From Candidatus Thiopontia autotrophica (GTDB lineage: Bacteria > Pseudomonadota > Gammaproteobacteria > GCF-002020875), in contig JACNFK010000024.1 of NCBI GenBank assembly GCA_014384675.1, positions 17,018 to 81,017 on the forward strand: DNA of 64,000 bases. Direction: 5' to 3'. The notes beneath the pieces are model-generated. The model was not told the DNA's origin. It did not search any database and saw only the letters and a list, made by a program, of their open reading frames with translations. How positions within the stretch are numbered: the first letter of the stretch is position 1; the number at the start of each line of letters is the position of its first letter. Shown here in pieces: positions 38,925-49,395 of this stretch. The translations under genes and the position numbers were made by a program.

Positions 38925-39464
38925 TTACTCTGTTGTAGCGTCACCTGTTGTTGCTGTCTCGGCAGAACTATCAGCCTCCTCACCCTTCGGCCTTCTTGGG
39001 TAGCGATCAGTCAGATCCGCTGCAGGTGGTTGCTGAGGAGCACTCCAGCCCTGTTGCGGACCATACCCATAAGGTTGTTGCTGACCCCATCCTCTGTTGC
39101 CTCCCCAGGGCATGCCGCCCCAGCCTCCATTGTTTCCACCACCCCAGGGCATTCCACCCCAGCCGCCACGGTCACCGCCTCCCCAAGGCATGCCACCACC
39201 ACGGCCACCCCACGGGCTGCCCCCGCCCCAGCCAGGCTGTGATCCCCAGGGGGTCTGCCATCCGCTTGGACCCCACTGCTTCATATCTTGCCCCCAATAC
39301 TCTTTTTTCCATTCGCGAGCCTCAGGCGGGCCATCCCACTTGTCCCATCCGCCCCATTTGTCCATCTTCCAGTCCTCGGGATCGACAAAGGCATTTGCGC
39401 TGGTGGTAAAACTGGCAACTGCTGCAAGCAGAAGTGCGGTTGTGAGTTTGTTGGTTTTTTTCAT
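38925..39464 (-). CDS. Secreted Gly/Trp/Pro-rich protein, sulfur globule protein-like
   Basis: Signal peptide (SANA); repeated GGMPWGG/GWG units; PYGYGP. Confidence 0.6.
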   Translation of the reverse strand: MKKTNKLTTALLLAAVASFTTSANAFVDPEDWKMDKWGGWDKWDGPPEAREWKKEYWGQDMKQWGPSGWQTPWGSQPGWGGGSPWGGRGGGMPWGGGDRGGWGGMPWGGGNNGGWGGMPWGGNRGWGQQQPYGYGPQQGWSAPQQPPAADLTDRYPRRPKGEEADSSAETATTGDATTE

Positions 39465-39533
39465 GGCAGGCTCCTCAGTTTATTGTTCTGTTATTTGACA
39501 GAAGCTACCACCATGCGGGGTTTAATACAAATT

Positions 39534-39620
39534 TGGTACCGAGGGGGGGACTTGAACCCCCAAGACATTGCTGCCGGCGGATTTTGAATCCGCTGCGTCT
39601 ACCAATTCCGCCACCTCGGC
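39534..39620 (-). tRNA. tRNA-Leu (anticodon CAA)
   Basis: GCCGAGG...CCTCGGT-A-CCA on the minus strand; anticodon arm GCGGA-TTCAAAA-TCCGC. Confidence 0.95.
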
Positions 39621-39670
39621 ATTGAGGGTGCGGATTATAGGCGCAGTGTGTTGATGATACAACGGGATTA

Positions 39671-39698
39671 TTGACAATGAATGGTTGCACTGTACAAT
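39671..39698 (+). promoter_or_regulatory. Sigma70 promoter for tRNA-Val/thrS
   Basis: TTGACA-N16-TACAAT followed by GCCC. Confidence 0.7.
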
Positions 39699-39714
39699 GC
39701 CCATTCGACTTTAC

Positions 39715-39791
39715 AGGCGCGTAACTCAGTTGGTTAGAGTGTCACCTTGACATGGTGGAAGTCGGTGGTTCGAATCCACTCGCGCCTACCA
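39715..39791 (+). tRNA. tRNA-Val (anticodon GAC)
   Basis: AGGCGCG...CGCGCCT-A-CCA; anticodon loop TTGACAT; GGTTCGAATCC T-arm. Confidence 0.95.
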
Positions 39792-39820
39792 AATTTTTTA
39801 AGATTTTTTATTATTAACAT

Positions 39821-39841
39821 GCGGCCTTTGGTGTGGGTCGC
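39821..39841 (+). promoter_or_regulatory. thrS translational operator (tRNA-Thr anticodon-arm mimic)
   Basis: GCGGCCT-TTGGTGT-GGGTCGC hairpin with GGT centred in a 7-nt loop, just 5' of the GGAG RBS. Confidence 0.65.
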
Positions 39842-39856
39842 CACTGGAGATTGATA

Positions 39857-41770
39857 ATGCCTTTGATTACCCTGCCCGACGGCTCCCAACGTAGTTTTGA
39901 CCAAGCAGTTACTGTTTTTGATGTTGCCTCTGATATTGGCCCGGGCCTTGCAAAAGCCGCCCTGGCCGGAAAGATTGGGGATCAATTGGTCGATACCTCT
40001 TATCTTATTGAAGAGGATGTCTCTCTCTCCCTGATTACCAGTAGAGATGAGGAGGGGGTGGAGATTATTCGTCACTCCACAGCACATCTTCTGGCGCAGG
40101 CAGTTAAAGAGATTTTTCCAGAGACCCAGATCACTATTGGTCCAGTGGTAGAGAACGGCTTCTACTACGATTTTGCTCGTGATGAGAAGTTTACCCCGGA
40201 TGATTTCAAGATCATCGAGAAGAAGATGGCTGAGCTGGCGAAGCAGAATATAAAGATAGAGCGTTCCGAGATGGGGCGTGATGAGGCGGTAGCTTTTTTT
40301 GAGGAGCAGGGGGAGGCCTACAAGGCTGAGATCATTCGGGATATCCCGGCTGATCAGACCCTCTCGCTCTACCGTCAGGGGGATTTTATCGACCTCTGTC
40401 GTGGTCCCCATGCCCCCTCTACTGGACATCTCAAGGGCGGCTTCAAGTTGATGAAGCTGGCCGGCGCCTACTGGCGTGGTGACTCCAGCAATGAGATGTT
40501 GCAGCGCATCTACGGTACCGCCTTTCCAGACAAGAAGCAGCTCAAGCAGTATCTGCATCGGCTGGAGGAGGCAGAGAAGCGTGATCACCGCAAGATTGGC
40601 AAGAAGCTCGATCTATTCCATAGCCAGGAGGAGGCGCCAGGGATGGTCTTCTGGCACAGCAAGGGGTGGTCGATCTATCGTGAGGTGGAGGAGTATGTGC
40701 GTGAGAAGCTGCGCCACCACGGGTATCAGGAGGTCCATACCCCGCAGGTGATTGATCGGGTGTTGTGGGAGAAGTCGGGCCACTGGGACAAGTTTGGTGA
40801 CATGATCTTCACTACCCACTCCGAGAATCGTGACTATGCAATCAAGCCGATGAACTGTCCTGGCCATGTGCAGATCTACAATCAGGGGCTACGCAGTTAT
40901 CGTGACCTGCCGTTGCGAATGGCAGAGTTTGGCTCCTGTCATCGCAATGAGCCATCAGGCACCCTGCATGGGTTGATGCGAGTTCGCAACTTTACCCAGG
41001 ATGATGCCCATATCTTCTGTACAGAAGATCAGATTCAGTCTGAGGTGGCGGCCTTTATGGATCTGCTGTTTGAGGTCTATGAGGACTTTGGCTTCAAGGA
41101 GGTATTGATCAAGCTCTCCACCCGCCCAGAGAAGAGGGTTGGTAGTGATAAGGTGTGGGATCAGGCCGAGCAGGCACTAGAGACTGCGCTCAATACCAAG
41201 GGGCTGGATTGGGAACTGCAGCCAGGTGAGGGGGCATTCTACGGCCCAAAGATCGAATTTTCGCTCAAGGATTGTATTGGTAGGGTCTGGCAGTGCGGCA
41301 CCATTCAGGTTGATTTCTCAATGCCTGGCCGACTGGATGCCACCTATATTGATGAGCATGGTGAGAAGAAGAGTCCGGTCATGTTGCACCGTGCAATCCT
41401 CGGTTCGCTCGAGCGTTTTGTTGGAATTTTGATTGAGGAGTACGCAGGCTCGATGCCGGTATGGTTATCCCCACTGCAGGCTGTTGTGGTCAATATTACG
41501 GATCATCAGCGCGAAACTGCGGAAAATGTGGCAAAACAGTTGAATAATGCAGGGTTTAGGGTCGAATCGGACTTGAGAAACGAGAAGATAGGACTTAAAA
41601 TTCGCGAGCATTCCATGCAACGTCTCCCCTATATCTTGGTGATTGGGGATCGTGAGATGAAAGAGGGTGCTGTCGCAGTCCGTGCCAGAGGTGGTGAAGA
41701 CCTCGGTACACTATCTATTGAGGCGTTTATTGAGCGTCTGAGAGAGGATGTGGAGAGACGCAAACAGTAG
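39857..41770 (+). CDS. thrS: Threonine--tRNA ligase
   Basis: [27 protein letters not shown] and HRAILGS. Confidence 0.98.
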   Translation: MPLITLPDGSQRSFDQAVTVFDVASDIGPGLAKAALAGKIGDQLVDTSYLIEEDVSLSLITSRDEEGVEIIRHSTAHLLAQAVKEIFPETQITIGPVVENGFYYDFARDEKFTPDDFKIIEKKMAELAKQNIKIERSEMGRDEAVAFFEEQGEAYKAEIIRDIPADQTLSLYRQGDFIDLCRGPHAPSTGHLKGGFKLMKLAGAYWRGDSSNEMLQRIYGTAFPDKKQLKQYLHRLEEAEKRDHRKIGKKLDLFHSQEEAPGMVFWHSKGWSIYREVEEYVREKLRHHGYQEVHTPQVIDRVLWEKSGHWDKFGDMIFTTHSENRDYAIKPMNCPGHVQIYNQGLRSYRDLPLRMAEFGSCHRNEPSGTLHGLMRVRNFTQDDAHIFCTEDQIQSEVAAFMDLLFEVYEDFGFKEVLIKLSTRPEKRVGSDKVWDQAEQALETALNTKGLDWELQPGEGAFYGPKIEFSLKDCIGRVWQCGTIQVDFSMPGRLDATYIDEHGEKKSPVMLHRAILGSLERFVGILIEEYAGSMPVWLSPLQAVVVNITDHQRETAENVAKQLNNAGFRVESDLRNEKIGLKIREHSMQRLPYILVIGDREMKEGAVAVRARGGEDLGTLSIEAFIERLREDVERRKQ

Positions 41771-41821
41771 TTTTGTGTGCACAGCCCCATGGTTTTTATT
41801 TTTTGAACAGGAGAACTTGAG

Positions 41822-42385
41822 ATCGCACTTCAGCCAAGAGGCCCTAGAGGCCGGATGCCAGAGAAGGTAAGAGAGCATCGAATCAACGAGGAGATTACAA
41901 CATCCCAGTTGCGTGTATTTGGGGCAGACCAATCAGAGTCGGTTGTGGTTTCACGAAGTGAGGCGCTGGAGATGGCAGATGAGGCCGGACTGGATCTGGT
42001 TGAGATCTCACCAAAAGCGGAGCCGCCAGTCTGTCGAGTGATGGATTACGGCAAGTTCCTGTTTGAAGAGAGCAAGAAGAAGAACGCGGCCAAGAAGAAG
42101 CAGAAGAAGGTTCAGGTCAAGGAGATCAAGTTTCGCCCCGGTACTGGTGAAGGGGACTATCAGATTAAACTGAAAAATCTGATGAAGTTTCTAGGTCAGG
42201 GAAACAAGACAAAGATAACCATCCGTTATCGTGGTCGTGAGATGGCTCACCGTGAGCTTGGGATGGAGATGCTCAAGAGGATCGAAAAAGATCTGGAAGA
42301 GTATGGGAAGGTTGAGCAGTTTCCCAAGATGGAGGGGCGGCAGATGGTTATGGTGGTCGGCCCAATCTCCAAAAAGAAGAAGTAG
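41822..42385 (+). CDS. infC: Translation initiation factor IF-3 (probable ATC start)
   Basis: [11 protein letters not shown] and KEIKFRP; AGGAG RBS 8 nt before an in-frame ATC at 41822. Confidence 0.95.
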   Translation: MALQPRGPRGRMPEKVREHRINEEITTSQLRVFGADQSESVVVSRSEALEMADEAGLDLVEISPKAEPPVCRVMDYGKFLFEESKKKNAAKKKQKKVQVKEIKFRPGTGEGDYQIKLKNLMKFLGQGNKTKITIRYRGREMAHRELGMEMLKRIEKDLEEYGKVEQFPKMEGRQMVMVVGPISKKKK

Positions 42386-42479
42386 ATACAGTTTATTTGG
42401 TCTCAGTCTGGTCAATGGCACACCGGCTGAGAATTTGAAACGAGAGCCTGGCTCTCACTATTAAGCAAGAGGTGAAAAG

Positions 42480-42677
42480 ATGCCAAAGATGAAGTCTAAG
42501 AGAGGCGCTTCCAAGCGCTTCAAGCGTACCGCGTCCGGCGGTTTCAAGCGTGGACAGGGTTTCCGTAGTCATATCCTGACAAAGAAATCGACCAAGCGTA
42601 AGCGTCAGCTACGTAGTCCATTAAGTGTTCATGAAAGCAATGCAGGTGCGGTAAAACGTATGCTGCCTTATAGCTAA
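42480..42677 (+). CDS. rpmI: 50S ribosomal protein L35
   Basis: [16 protein letters not shown]. Confidence 0.97.
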   Translation: MPKMKSKRGASKRFKRTASGGFKRGQGFRSHILTKKSTKRKRQLRSPLSVHESNAGAVKRMLPYS

Positions 42678-42692
42678 GCCGGGAGCAGAATT

Positions 42693-43046
42693 ATGCCAAG
42701 AGTAAAGAGAGGCGTTCAGGCACGTGCACGCCATAAGAAGGTTCTAAAGGAAGCGCGCGGTTATTATGGTGCCCGTAGTAGGGTCTACCGCGTTGCTAAG
42801 CAGGCGGTTACCAAGGCTGGGCAGTATGCCTACCGTGACCGTCGTCAGAAGAAGCGTCAGTTTCGTTCACTATGGATTGTTCGTATCAATGCGGAGGCTC
42901 GTAATAACGGGATCTCTTACAGTAATATGATCAATGGTCTCAGCAAGGCAGGGATCGAGGTCGACCGTAAGGTTTTGGCTGACCTGGCTGTTCATGACAA
43001 GGCAGCATTTGCGGCAATTGCGGAACAGGCAAAAGCTGCACTTTAA
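42693..43046 (+). CDS. rplT: 50S ribosomal protein L20
   Basis: [28 protein letters not shown]. Confidence 0.98.
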   Translation: MPRVKRGVQARARHKKVLKEARGYYGARSRVYRVAKQAVTKAGQYAYRDRRQKKRQFRSLWIVRINAEARNNGISYSNMINGLSKAGIEVDRKVLADLAVHDKAAFAAIAEQAKAAL

Positions 43047-43066
43047 AAAACGGTGTTGAACACCAT

Positions 43067-43112
43067 AAAAAGGGGTGACAGTCTTTTGCAGAAAAGATTG
43101 CCGCCCCTTTTT
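43067..43112 (+). terminator. Terminator/attenuator hairpin between rplT and pheS
   Basis: AAAAGGGGTGACAGTCTTT...AAAGATTGCCGCCCCTTTTTT. Confidence 0.7.
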
Positions 43113-43121
43113 TATTTCTGA

Positions 43122-44153
<1,032 letters not shown>

Positions 44154-44181
44154 AAACATATAACAACATATTGTATAAATT

Positions 44182-46566
44182 ATGAAATTTAGTGAATCAT
44201 GGTTGCGTGAATGGGTTAATCCAGAGGTCTCTACCGAGACTTTGCTGGAGCAGTTGACGATGGCTGGACTTGAGGTTGATTCAGTCGAACCGGCAGCCCC
44301 TGCCTTTGAAAATGTTGTGATTGGCGAGATTATGGAGGTGGAGCCACACCCTGATGCAGACCGTCTGCGTATCACCAGGGTTGAGGCAGGCGAGAGTGAG
44401 CTGCTGACAATAGTTACCAATGTAGCTGATATTGCTGTGGGCGAGAAGATTGCTGTTGCCAAGGTTGGGTGCGTTCTTCCTGATGGCATGAAGATCAAGC
44501 GAGCAAAGTTGCGTGGCGTAGAATCATTCGGCATGTTCTGCTCCATGGGGACCTTGGGTCTTTTGGAGGAGAGTGATGCTCTTGAGCGTTTCTCTGCAGA
44601 TACTGTTCCAGGCATTAATATTCGTGATCTTCTGGGGCTGGATGACCAGGTTATAGAGGTTGATCTGACCCCTAATCGTGGTGACTGTCTGAGTCTCTCC
44701 GGAGTTGCTCGCGAGGTGGGGGTTATTAACAAGAGTGGTGTAAAAGCGGTTGAGTTTGATTTGGCGGCTGTCGGTTCAGACAAGACCTTCCCCGTTGTTG
44801 TTGAAGACAGTAATGGGTGTCCCCGTTATCTGGGGCGGGTTGTTGATGGAGTTAATCCGGCAGCAGAGACACCGCTCTGGATGCAGGAGCGCCTGCGTCG
44901 CGGAGGTTTGCGTTCTCTGGGTCCTCTGGTTGATATTACCAATTATGTGATGCTGGAGATGGGGCAGCCTATGCATGCATTTGATCTCTCCAGGTTGAGT
45001 GGTGGAGTGGTTGTGCGCAGTGCCAGATCTGGCGAAACTATGACTCTGCTCGATGGCAAAGAGATTAAGCTGAATGAGGATACCCTGCTGATTGCAGATG
45101 ATAATGGACCGCTTGCGCTTGCAGGAATCATGGGTGGGGAACAGAGCGGGGTTGCTGATGAGACCACCGATATCTTCCTGGAGTGCGCCTTCTTTGCGCC
45201 GCTTGCCATTGCCGGCAAGGCGAGAAGTTATGGGCTGCATACTGACTCGTCTCACCGTTTTGAGCGGGGGGTCGATTCACAGCTGCAACAACGTGCCATG
45301 GAGCGTGCAACCCAGCTTATAGTTGATATTGCCGGAGGTGTGGCAGGGGCTGTTCAGGAGGTGGTAGACAGTGCTGCTCTTCCTCAGACTGAGACAATTA
45401 TTTTACGCAAGGATAGATTGCAACGCACCTTGGGGCTGACTTTGTCGACTGATGAGGTTACCGAGACTTTGACCGGTTTAGGGCTTGCGGTTGAGCTTCA
45501 GGAGGGTGGATGGAAAGTGGCCTCTCCTTCGTGGCGTTTTGATTTGTCTATTGAGGCAGATCTGATTGAAGAGGTGGGTAGAATTTATGGGTATGATCGG
45601 TTGCCTAGTACTCATCCAGAGCTTAGTGCAGAGATCAGAAAGAATCCTGAGTCAAAAATTGCACTACGAAATATCAGGGAGACCCTGGTTGATCATGGTT
45701 ACCATGAGGTTATTACCTATAGTTTTGTGGATCCGGAGATGCAGAAGGTGCTTGATCCGGAGGTTGAGGCATTGGCACTGGCCAACCCAATATCAAATGA
45801 TTTGTCTGTTATGCGAACTACCCTCTGGCCAGGACTGTTGCAGAGCCTTGGGTTTAATGCCAAGCGTCAACAGAGCCAGGTGCGTCTGTTTGAGACGGGG
45901 TTGAGTTTCGTCCCTTCTGAGGACGGTCTTCGGCAGAAGCGCAAGATTGCAGGGCTAATTTATGGTGAGTCATCCCCCGAGCAGTGGGGCACAAGCGGCG
46001 AGGCGGTTGACTTTTTTGACATGAAGGGAGATCTATCTCCGCTGCTCGATCCTCTTGACAGTGCAGAGCATCCATTGAGGTTCGTTGCTGCTGAGCACCC
46101 TGTTCTTCATCCTGGCAAGAGTGCCAGAGTAATGGTTGGTGATCGGGCTATTGGGTGGATGGGGGCTATTCATCCGGGGGTGGCTGTCAGGCTTTCATTA
46201 TCAAAGGGTATTTTCCTGTTTGAGTTTGATCTGGACTCCTTGCAGGAGGGGAGTATTCCTGGTTTTGAACAGCTATCCAAATTCCCGATGATCAGGAGGG
46301 ATATAGCACTACTGGTTGATCAGGATCTGTCGGCACAATCCTTGATGGATACGGTGGTGGAGTCTGTGTCCAGGGATCTGTTGAGTGAGCTGCGTCTCTT
46401 TGATCTGTATCAGGGCGATAATCTGGCGGCTGGTCAGAAGAGCCTGGCTATAGGAATTTTCCTTCAACACAGGGAGAAGACATTAACCGATGAGGATGTG
46501 GAGGAGGTTGTAGGCCTGGTTGTGGAGAGGCTGAAACTTGTCCACGGAGCAAAATTGAGGGATTAA
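44182..46566 (+). CDS. pheT: Phenylalanine--tRNA ligase beta subunit
   Basis: MKFSESWLREWV, TPNRGDCLS, RFERGVD and DLIEEVGRIYG. Confidence 0.98.
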   Translation: MKFSESWLREWVNPEVSTETLLEQLTMAGLEVDSVEPAAPAFENVVIGEIMEVEPHPDADRLRITRVEAGESELLTIVTNVADIAVGEKIAVAKVGCVLPDGMKIKRAKLRGVESFGMFCSMGTLGLLEESDALERFSADTVPGINIRDLLGLDDQVIEVDLTPNRGDCLSLSGVAREVGVINKSGVKAVEFDLAAVGSDKTFPVVVEDSNGCPRYLGRVVDGVNPAAETPLWMQERLRRGGLRSLGPLVDITNYVMLEMGQPMHAFDLSRLSGGVVVRSARSGETMTLLDGKEIKLNEDTLLIADDNGPLALAGIMGGEQSGVADETTDIFLECAFFAPLAIAGKARSYGLHTDSSHRFERGVDSQLQQRAMERATQLIVDIAGGVAGAVQEVVDSAALPQTETIILRKDRLQRTLGLTLSTDEVTETLTGLGLAVELQEGGWKVASPSWRFDLSIEADLIEEVGRIYGYDRLPSTHPELSAEIRKNPESKIALRNIRETLVDHGYHEVITYSFVDPEMQKVLDPEVEALALANPISNDLSVMRTTLWPGLLQSLGFNAKRQQSQVRLFETGLSFVPSEDGLRQKRKIAGLIYGESSPEQWGTSGEAVDFFDMKGDLSPLLDPLDSAEHPLRFVAAEHPVLHPGKSARVMVGDRAIGWMGAIHPGVAVRLSLSKGIFLFEFDLDSLQEGSIPGFEQLSKFPMIRRDIALLVDQDLSAQSLMDTVVESVSRDLLSELRLFDLYQGDNLAAGQKSLAIGIFLQHREKTLTDEDVEEVVGLVVERLKLVHGAKLRD

Positions 46567-46692
46567 CTAAGAAACCTCTGAAAAAGCTTAATGGGATGTT
46601 GTAACATACTGAACCATAACCTCTCCCCCATAGGATAACTTGTGAGGGAGCTCTGATTTGGTCACGAGGTGACTTAATCAGAGGTTTCTTAA
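46567..46692 (+). mobile_element. IS5-like MITE, copy with both ends
   Basis: Terminal inverted repeat TAAGAAACCTCTGA/TCAGAGGTTTCTTA; CTAA/TTAA flanks; core shared with other copies. Confidence 0.75.
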
Positions 46693-46785
46693 CCGAATTC
46701 TGCATAATTTTTGTTGCCGAAAGGTTTTAAATTTTATATTGTTACGGCAATTAGTAGAACCAGATTAACCGAGGGAACTGACACA

Positions 46786-47088
46786 ATGACTCTAACAAAA
46801 GCATCTCTTTGCGAGGCACTTAATAATGATCTTGGGCTGAACAATCGTGAATCCAAGGAGATGATTGAGCAGTTCTACGAGGAGATACGCTCTTCTTTGG
46901 AGGATGGAGAGAATGTTAAGTTGTCTGGTTTTGGGAATTTCGATCTGCGCGACAAGTCTCCCCGTCCTGGACGCAACCCCAAAACGGGTGAGGAGATTCC
47001 CATAACTGCGCGGCGTGTGGTGACATTCAAGGCGGGGCTAAAGTTGAAAGAGAGTGTTGCTGGATACAGCAGTTCAGTTCTCTCCTGA
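46786..47088 (+). CDS. ihfA: Integration host factor alpha
   Basis: [13 protein letters not shown] and [20 protein letters not shown]; follows pheT. Confidence 0.96.
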   Translation: MTLTKASLCEALNNDLGLNNRESKEMIEQFYEEIRSSLEDGENVKLSGFGNFDLRDKSPRPGRNPKTGEEIPITARRVVTFKAGLKLKESVAGYSSSVLS

Positions 47089-47109
47089 CTAAACTCTTCT
47101 CTATAGATA

Positions 47110-47472
47110 ATGAGCCACGATCCGGAGTCAACAGAGGTAAAGGTTAGCGAGCTTCCTCCGATACCGTCAAAGCGTTACTTTACGATTGGAGAGGTTTCGA
47201 CTCTCTGTGTGGTAAAACCTCATGTGCTGCGTTATTGGGAACAGGAGTTTGCCCAGCTTAAGCCGGTTACCAGAAGGGGTAATCGTCGCTACTATCAGCA
47301 ACATGATATAAAGTTGATTCGAAAAATTCGTGGTCTTCTCTATGAGGAAGGGTTCACAATAAGCGGCGCACGCCACAGACTTGGAAAGAAAGGGCAGGGC
47401 GTAAGTGCCAAGGCAGATATCTCTGAGGTCCGTAGAGAACTTGAGACTCTTCTCAAAGCGATATCAAAATAA
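47110..47472 (+). CDS. MerR-family regulator (ihfA-linked)
   Basis: KRYFTIGEVS, HVLRYWEQEF and RRYY. Confidence 0.92.
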   Translation: MSHDPESTEVKVSELPPIPSKRYFTIGEVSTLCVVKPHVLRYWEQEFAQLKPVTRRGNRRYYQQHDIKLIRKIRGLLYEEGFTISGARHRLGKKGQGVSAKADISEVRRELETLLKAISK

Positions 47473-47474
47473 CC

Positions 47475-47885
47475 TTACTGTTCAGTAAGTTCTATACTAT
47501 TTTTAATTAAGTTTATAGTTTTTTCCAGCTTCTTTATAGAGTATGGGATGGCAGGGCTGTGTCCCCATACAGGCCCCGGCCATGCAGGATCACCACTCTC
47601 TCTTGCAATATGGTGAAGATGTAGCTGGGGAACAATGTTGCCCAGTGCCCCCAGATTCAGTTTGTCTGGATGGAACAGATCAACTATCAACTGCTGTATC
47701 AGACAGGATTCATTCATTAACAGAACGCTTTGCTCTTCTGTCAGCTGGTAGATCTCCTCTGCATCATCCACATCGGGTACCAGAATAATCCATGGATAGC
47801 GGGAATCATTCATCAGCAGGCAGTGGCTGAGTTCGAGTTTTCCCAGGTATTTTGTATCTTCTATTAGTTTGGGGTGAATGTTCAT
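47475..47885 (-). CDS. HIT-family protein
   Basis: LGNIVPQLHLHHIAR..DPAWPGPVWG. Confidence 0.9.
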   Translation of the reverse strand: MNIHPKLIEDTKYLGKLELSHCLLMNDSRYPWIILVPDVDDAEEIYQLTEEQSVLLMNESCLIQQLIVDLFHPDKLNLGALGNIVPQLHLHHIARESGDPAWPGPVWGHSPAIPYSIKKLEKTINLIKNSIELTEQ

Positions 47886-47895
47886 GAGGGGTATA

Positions 47896-48052
47896 CTAGG
47901 GAAACTCTGAAAAAGCGTAATGGGATGGGGGTTTGGGGGAAGGGCTCAACAGTTGTTATTGTAACATGCTGAACTATAATCCTTCCTCCATAGGATAACT
48001 TGAGAGGGAGCTCTGATTGAGTCACGAAGTGACTTAATCGGAGCTTCCCTAA
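47896..48052 (+). mobile_element. IS5-like MITE, longest copy
   Basis: CTAG-GGAAACTCTGAAAAAG...CTTAATCGGAGCTTCC-CTAA. Confidence 0.78.
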
Positions 48053-48093
48053 CGAAAAACCGGGATAACAGTTACATAAGCTAGGGGGAGAGA

Positions 48094-49395
48094 TTGGAAC
48101 AGCTACAACTATTGGCATTTGATGAGCTTCTTGTTCGTCTGCAACCCACACTGTTAATTAGTGAACTGGTGATATTGATGCTGGCGGTAGCGACAGCATT
48201 CTGGACCCAGAAGAATATTACCAATTACCTGCAACTGGTTGCCGATGGTAACTACCAATCTTTAAGACGTTTCACCCGCCACTCCCTGAAGAGGATCATC
48301 TTTCCACTCAGTATGATGTTTGTGGTACTGGTTGGCAGAGTGATTGTGGAGCGTATCTTCACATCTGCAATACTCCTAAATGTGGCGGTTCCACTGCTGT
48401 TTTCTCTGGCTCTTATCAGACTTATGGTCTACCTGTTGAGAAGGGCATTCAAGCCCGGGCCACTGGTCAAGGCATGGGAACACCTGATTAGTACATCTAT
48501 CTGGATAATTGTTGCGCTACATCTATTGGGGTGGCTACCAGAAGTGGTGCGTGCGATGGATGTAGTCGGTGTCAGTGTTGGGGATGTCCGTATTTCTCTC
48601 AGAACTGTGGTCAAGCTGTTTGTGGTGGTTGGAGCCCTGCTGGCATTGGCAGCATGGATCTCACGGATGATAGAGAACACTCTGCGCCACTCAAGACATC
48701 TGACTGCAGCAGCCAAGGTAGGGATTGGCAAGAGCAGCAAGTTTGCGCTTTATATACTTGCAGTATTGATTGCGCTCAACTCGGTTGGTATTGATCTGAC
48801 AGCGCTTGCAGTCTTTGGTGGTGCGCTCGGTGTTGGGCTTGGATTTGGTCTGCAGCGTATTGCCAGCAATTTTATCTCTGGTTTTATCCTTATTTTTGAT
48901 CGCTCAATTCGACCTGGTGATGTAATCAGTATCAATGATAAATTTGGATGGGTTCAGGAGTTGCGAGCCCGTTATGTGGTGGTGCGTGATCGTGACGGGG
49001 TGGAAACACTGGTGCCAAATGAGAACCTGATTACTACAGAGGTGATTAACTGGAGTTACAGCGATCACCAGGTTCGTCTTAAACTACCTGTACAGATTAG
49101 TTACAAGGATGACCCAGAGCAAGCAATGAAGATTCTTGTTAATGCGGCAAAGGCGTGTAAGAGGGCGCTTGATGACCCTGCTCCTGTGGCACGTCTTATG
49201 GAGTTTGGAGATAACGGTATTGAGCTGGAGTTGCGGGTCTGGATTATGGATCCCAATAATGGGGTTGGTAGTGTACGCTCCGATATTAACCTGGTTATCT
49301 GGAGAGAGTTTAAGAAGGCCGGCATTACCATCCCTTATCCACAGAGAGATATTCGTCTTGTTGATGGAGCTTCCCTAGAAGCTGTAGATGGGTAA
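48094..49395 (+). CDS. Small-conductance mechanosensitive channel (MscS family)
   Basis: GALGVGLGFGLQ..NFISG, VPNE and IPYPQRDI. Confidence 0.92.
   Translation: MEQLQLLAFDELLVRLQPTLLISELVILMLAVATAFWTQKNITNYLQLVADGNYQSLRRFTRHSLKRIIFPLSMMFVVLVGRVIVERIFTSAILLNVAVPLLFSLALIRLMVYLLRRAFKPGPLVKAWEHLISTSIWIIVALHLLGWLPEVVRAMDVVGVSVGDVRISLRTVVKLFVVVGALLALAAWISRMIENTLRHSRHLTAAAKVGIGKSSKFALYILAVLIALNSVGIDLTALAVFGGALGVGLGFGLQRIASNFISGFILIFDRSIRPGDVISINDKFGWVQELRARYVVVRDRDGVETLVPNENLITTEVINWSYSDHQVRLKLPVQISYKDDPEQAMKILVNAAKACKRALDDPAPVARLMEFGDNGIELELRVWIMDPNNGVGSVRSDINLVIWREFKKAGITIPYPQRDIRLVDGASLEAVDG

Noticed and set aside
38948..39498. Pro/His-rich plus-strand ORFs
   Set aside because: Antisense shadows of the Gly/Trp-rich minus-strand gene, which has a signal peptide and RBS.
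39734..40588. 284-aa minus-strand ORF
   Set aside because: Antisense to thrS and tRNA-Val; no recognisable motifs.
49365..49378. GGAGCTTCCCTAG resembling the MITE right end inside the mscS 3' end
   Set aside because: Only ~12 nt match and the internal core is absent; could be chance.
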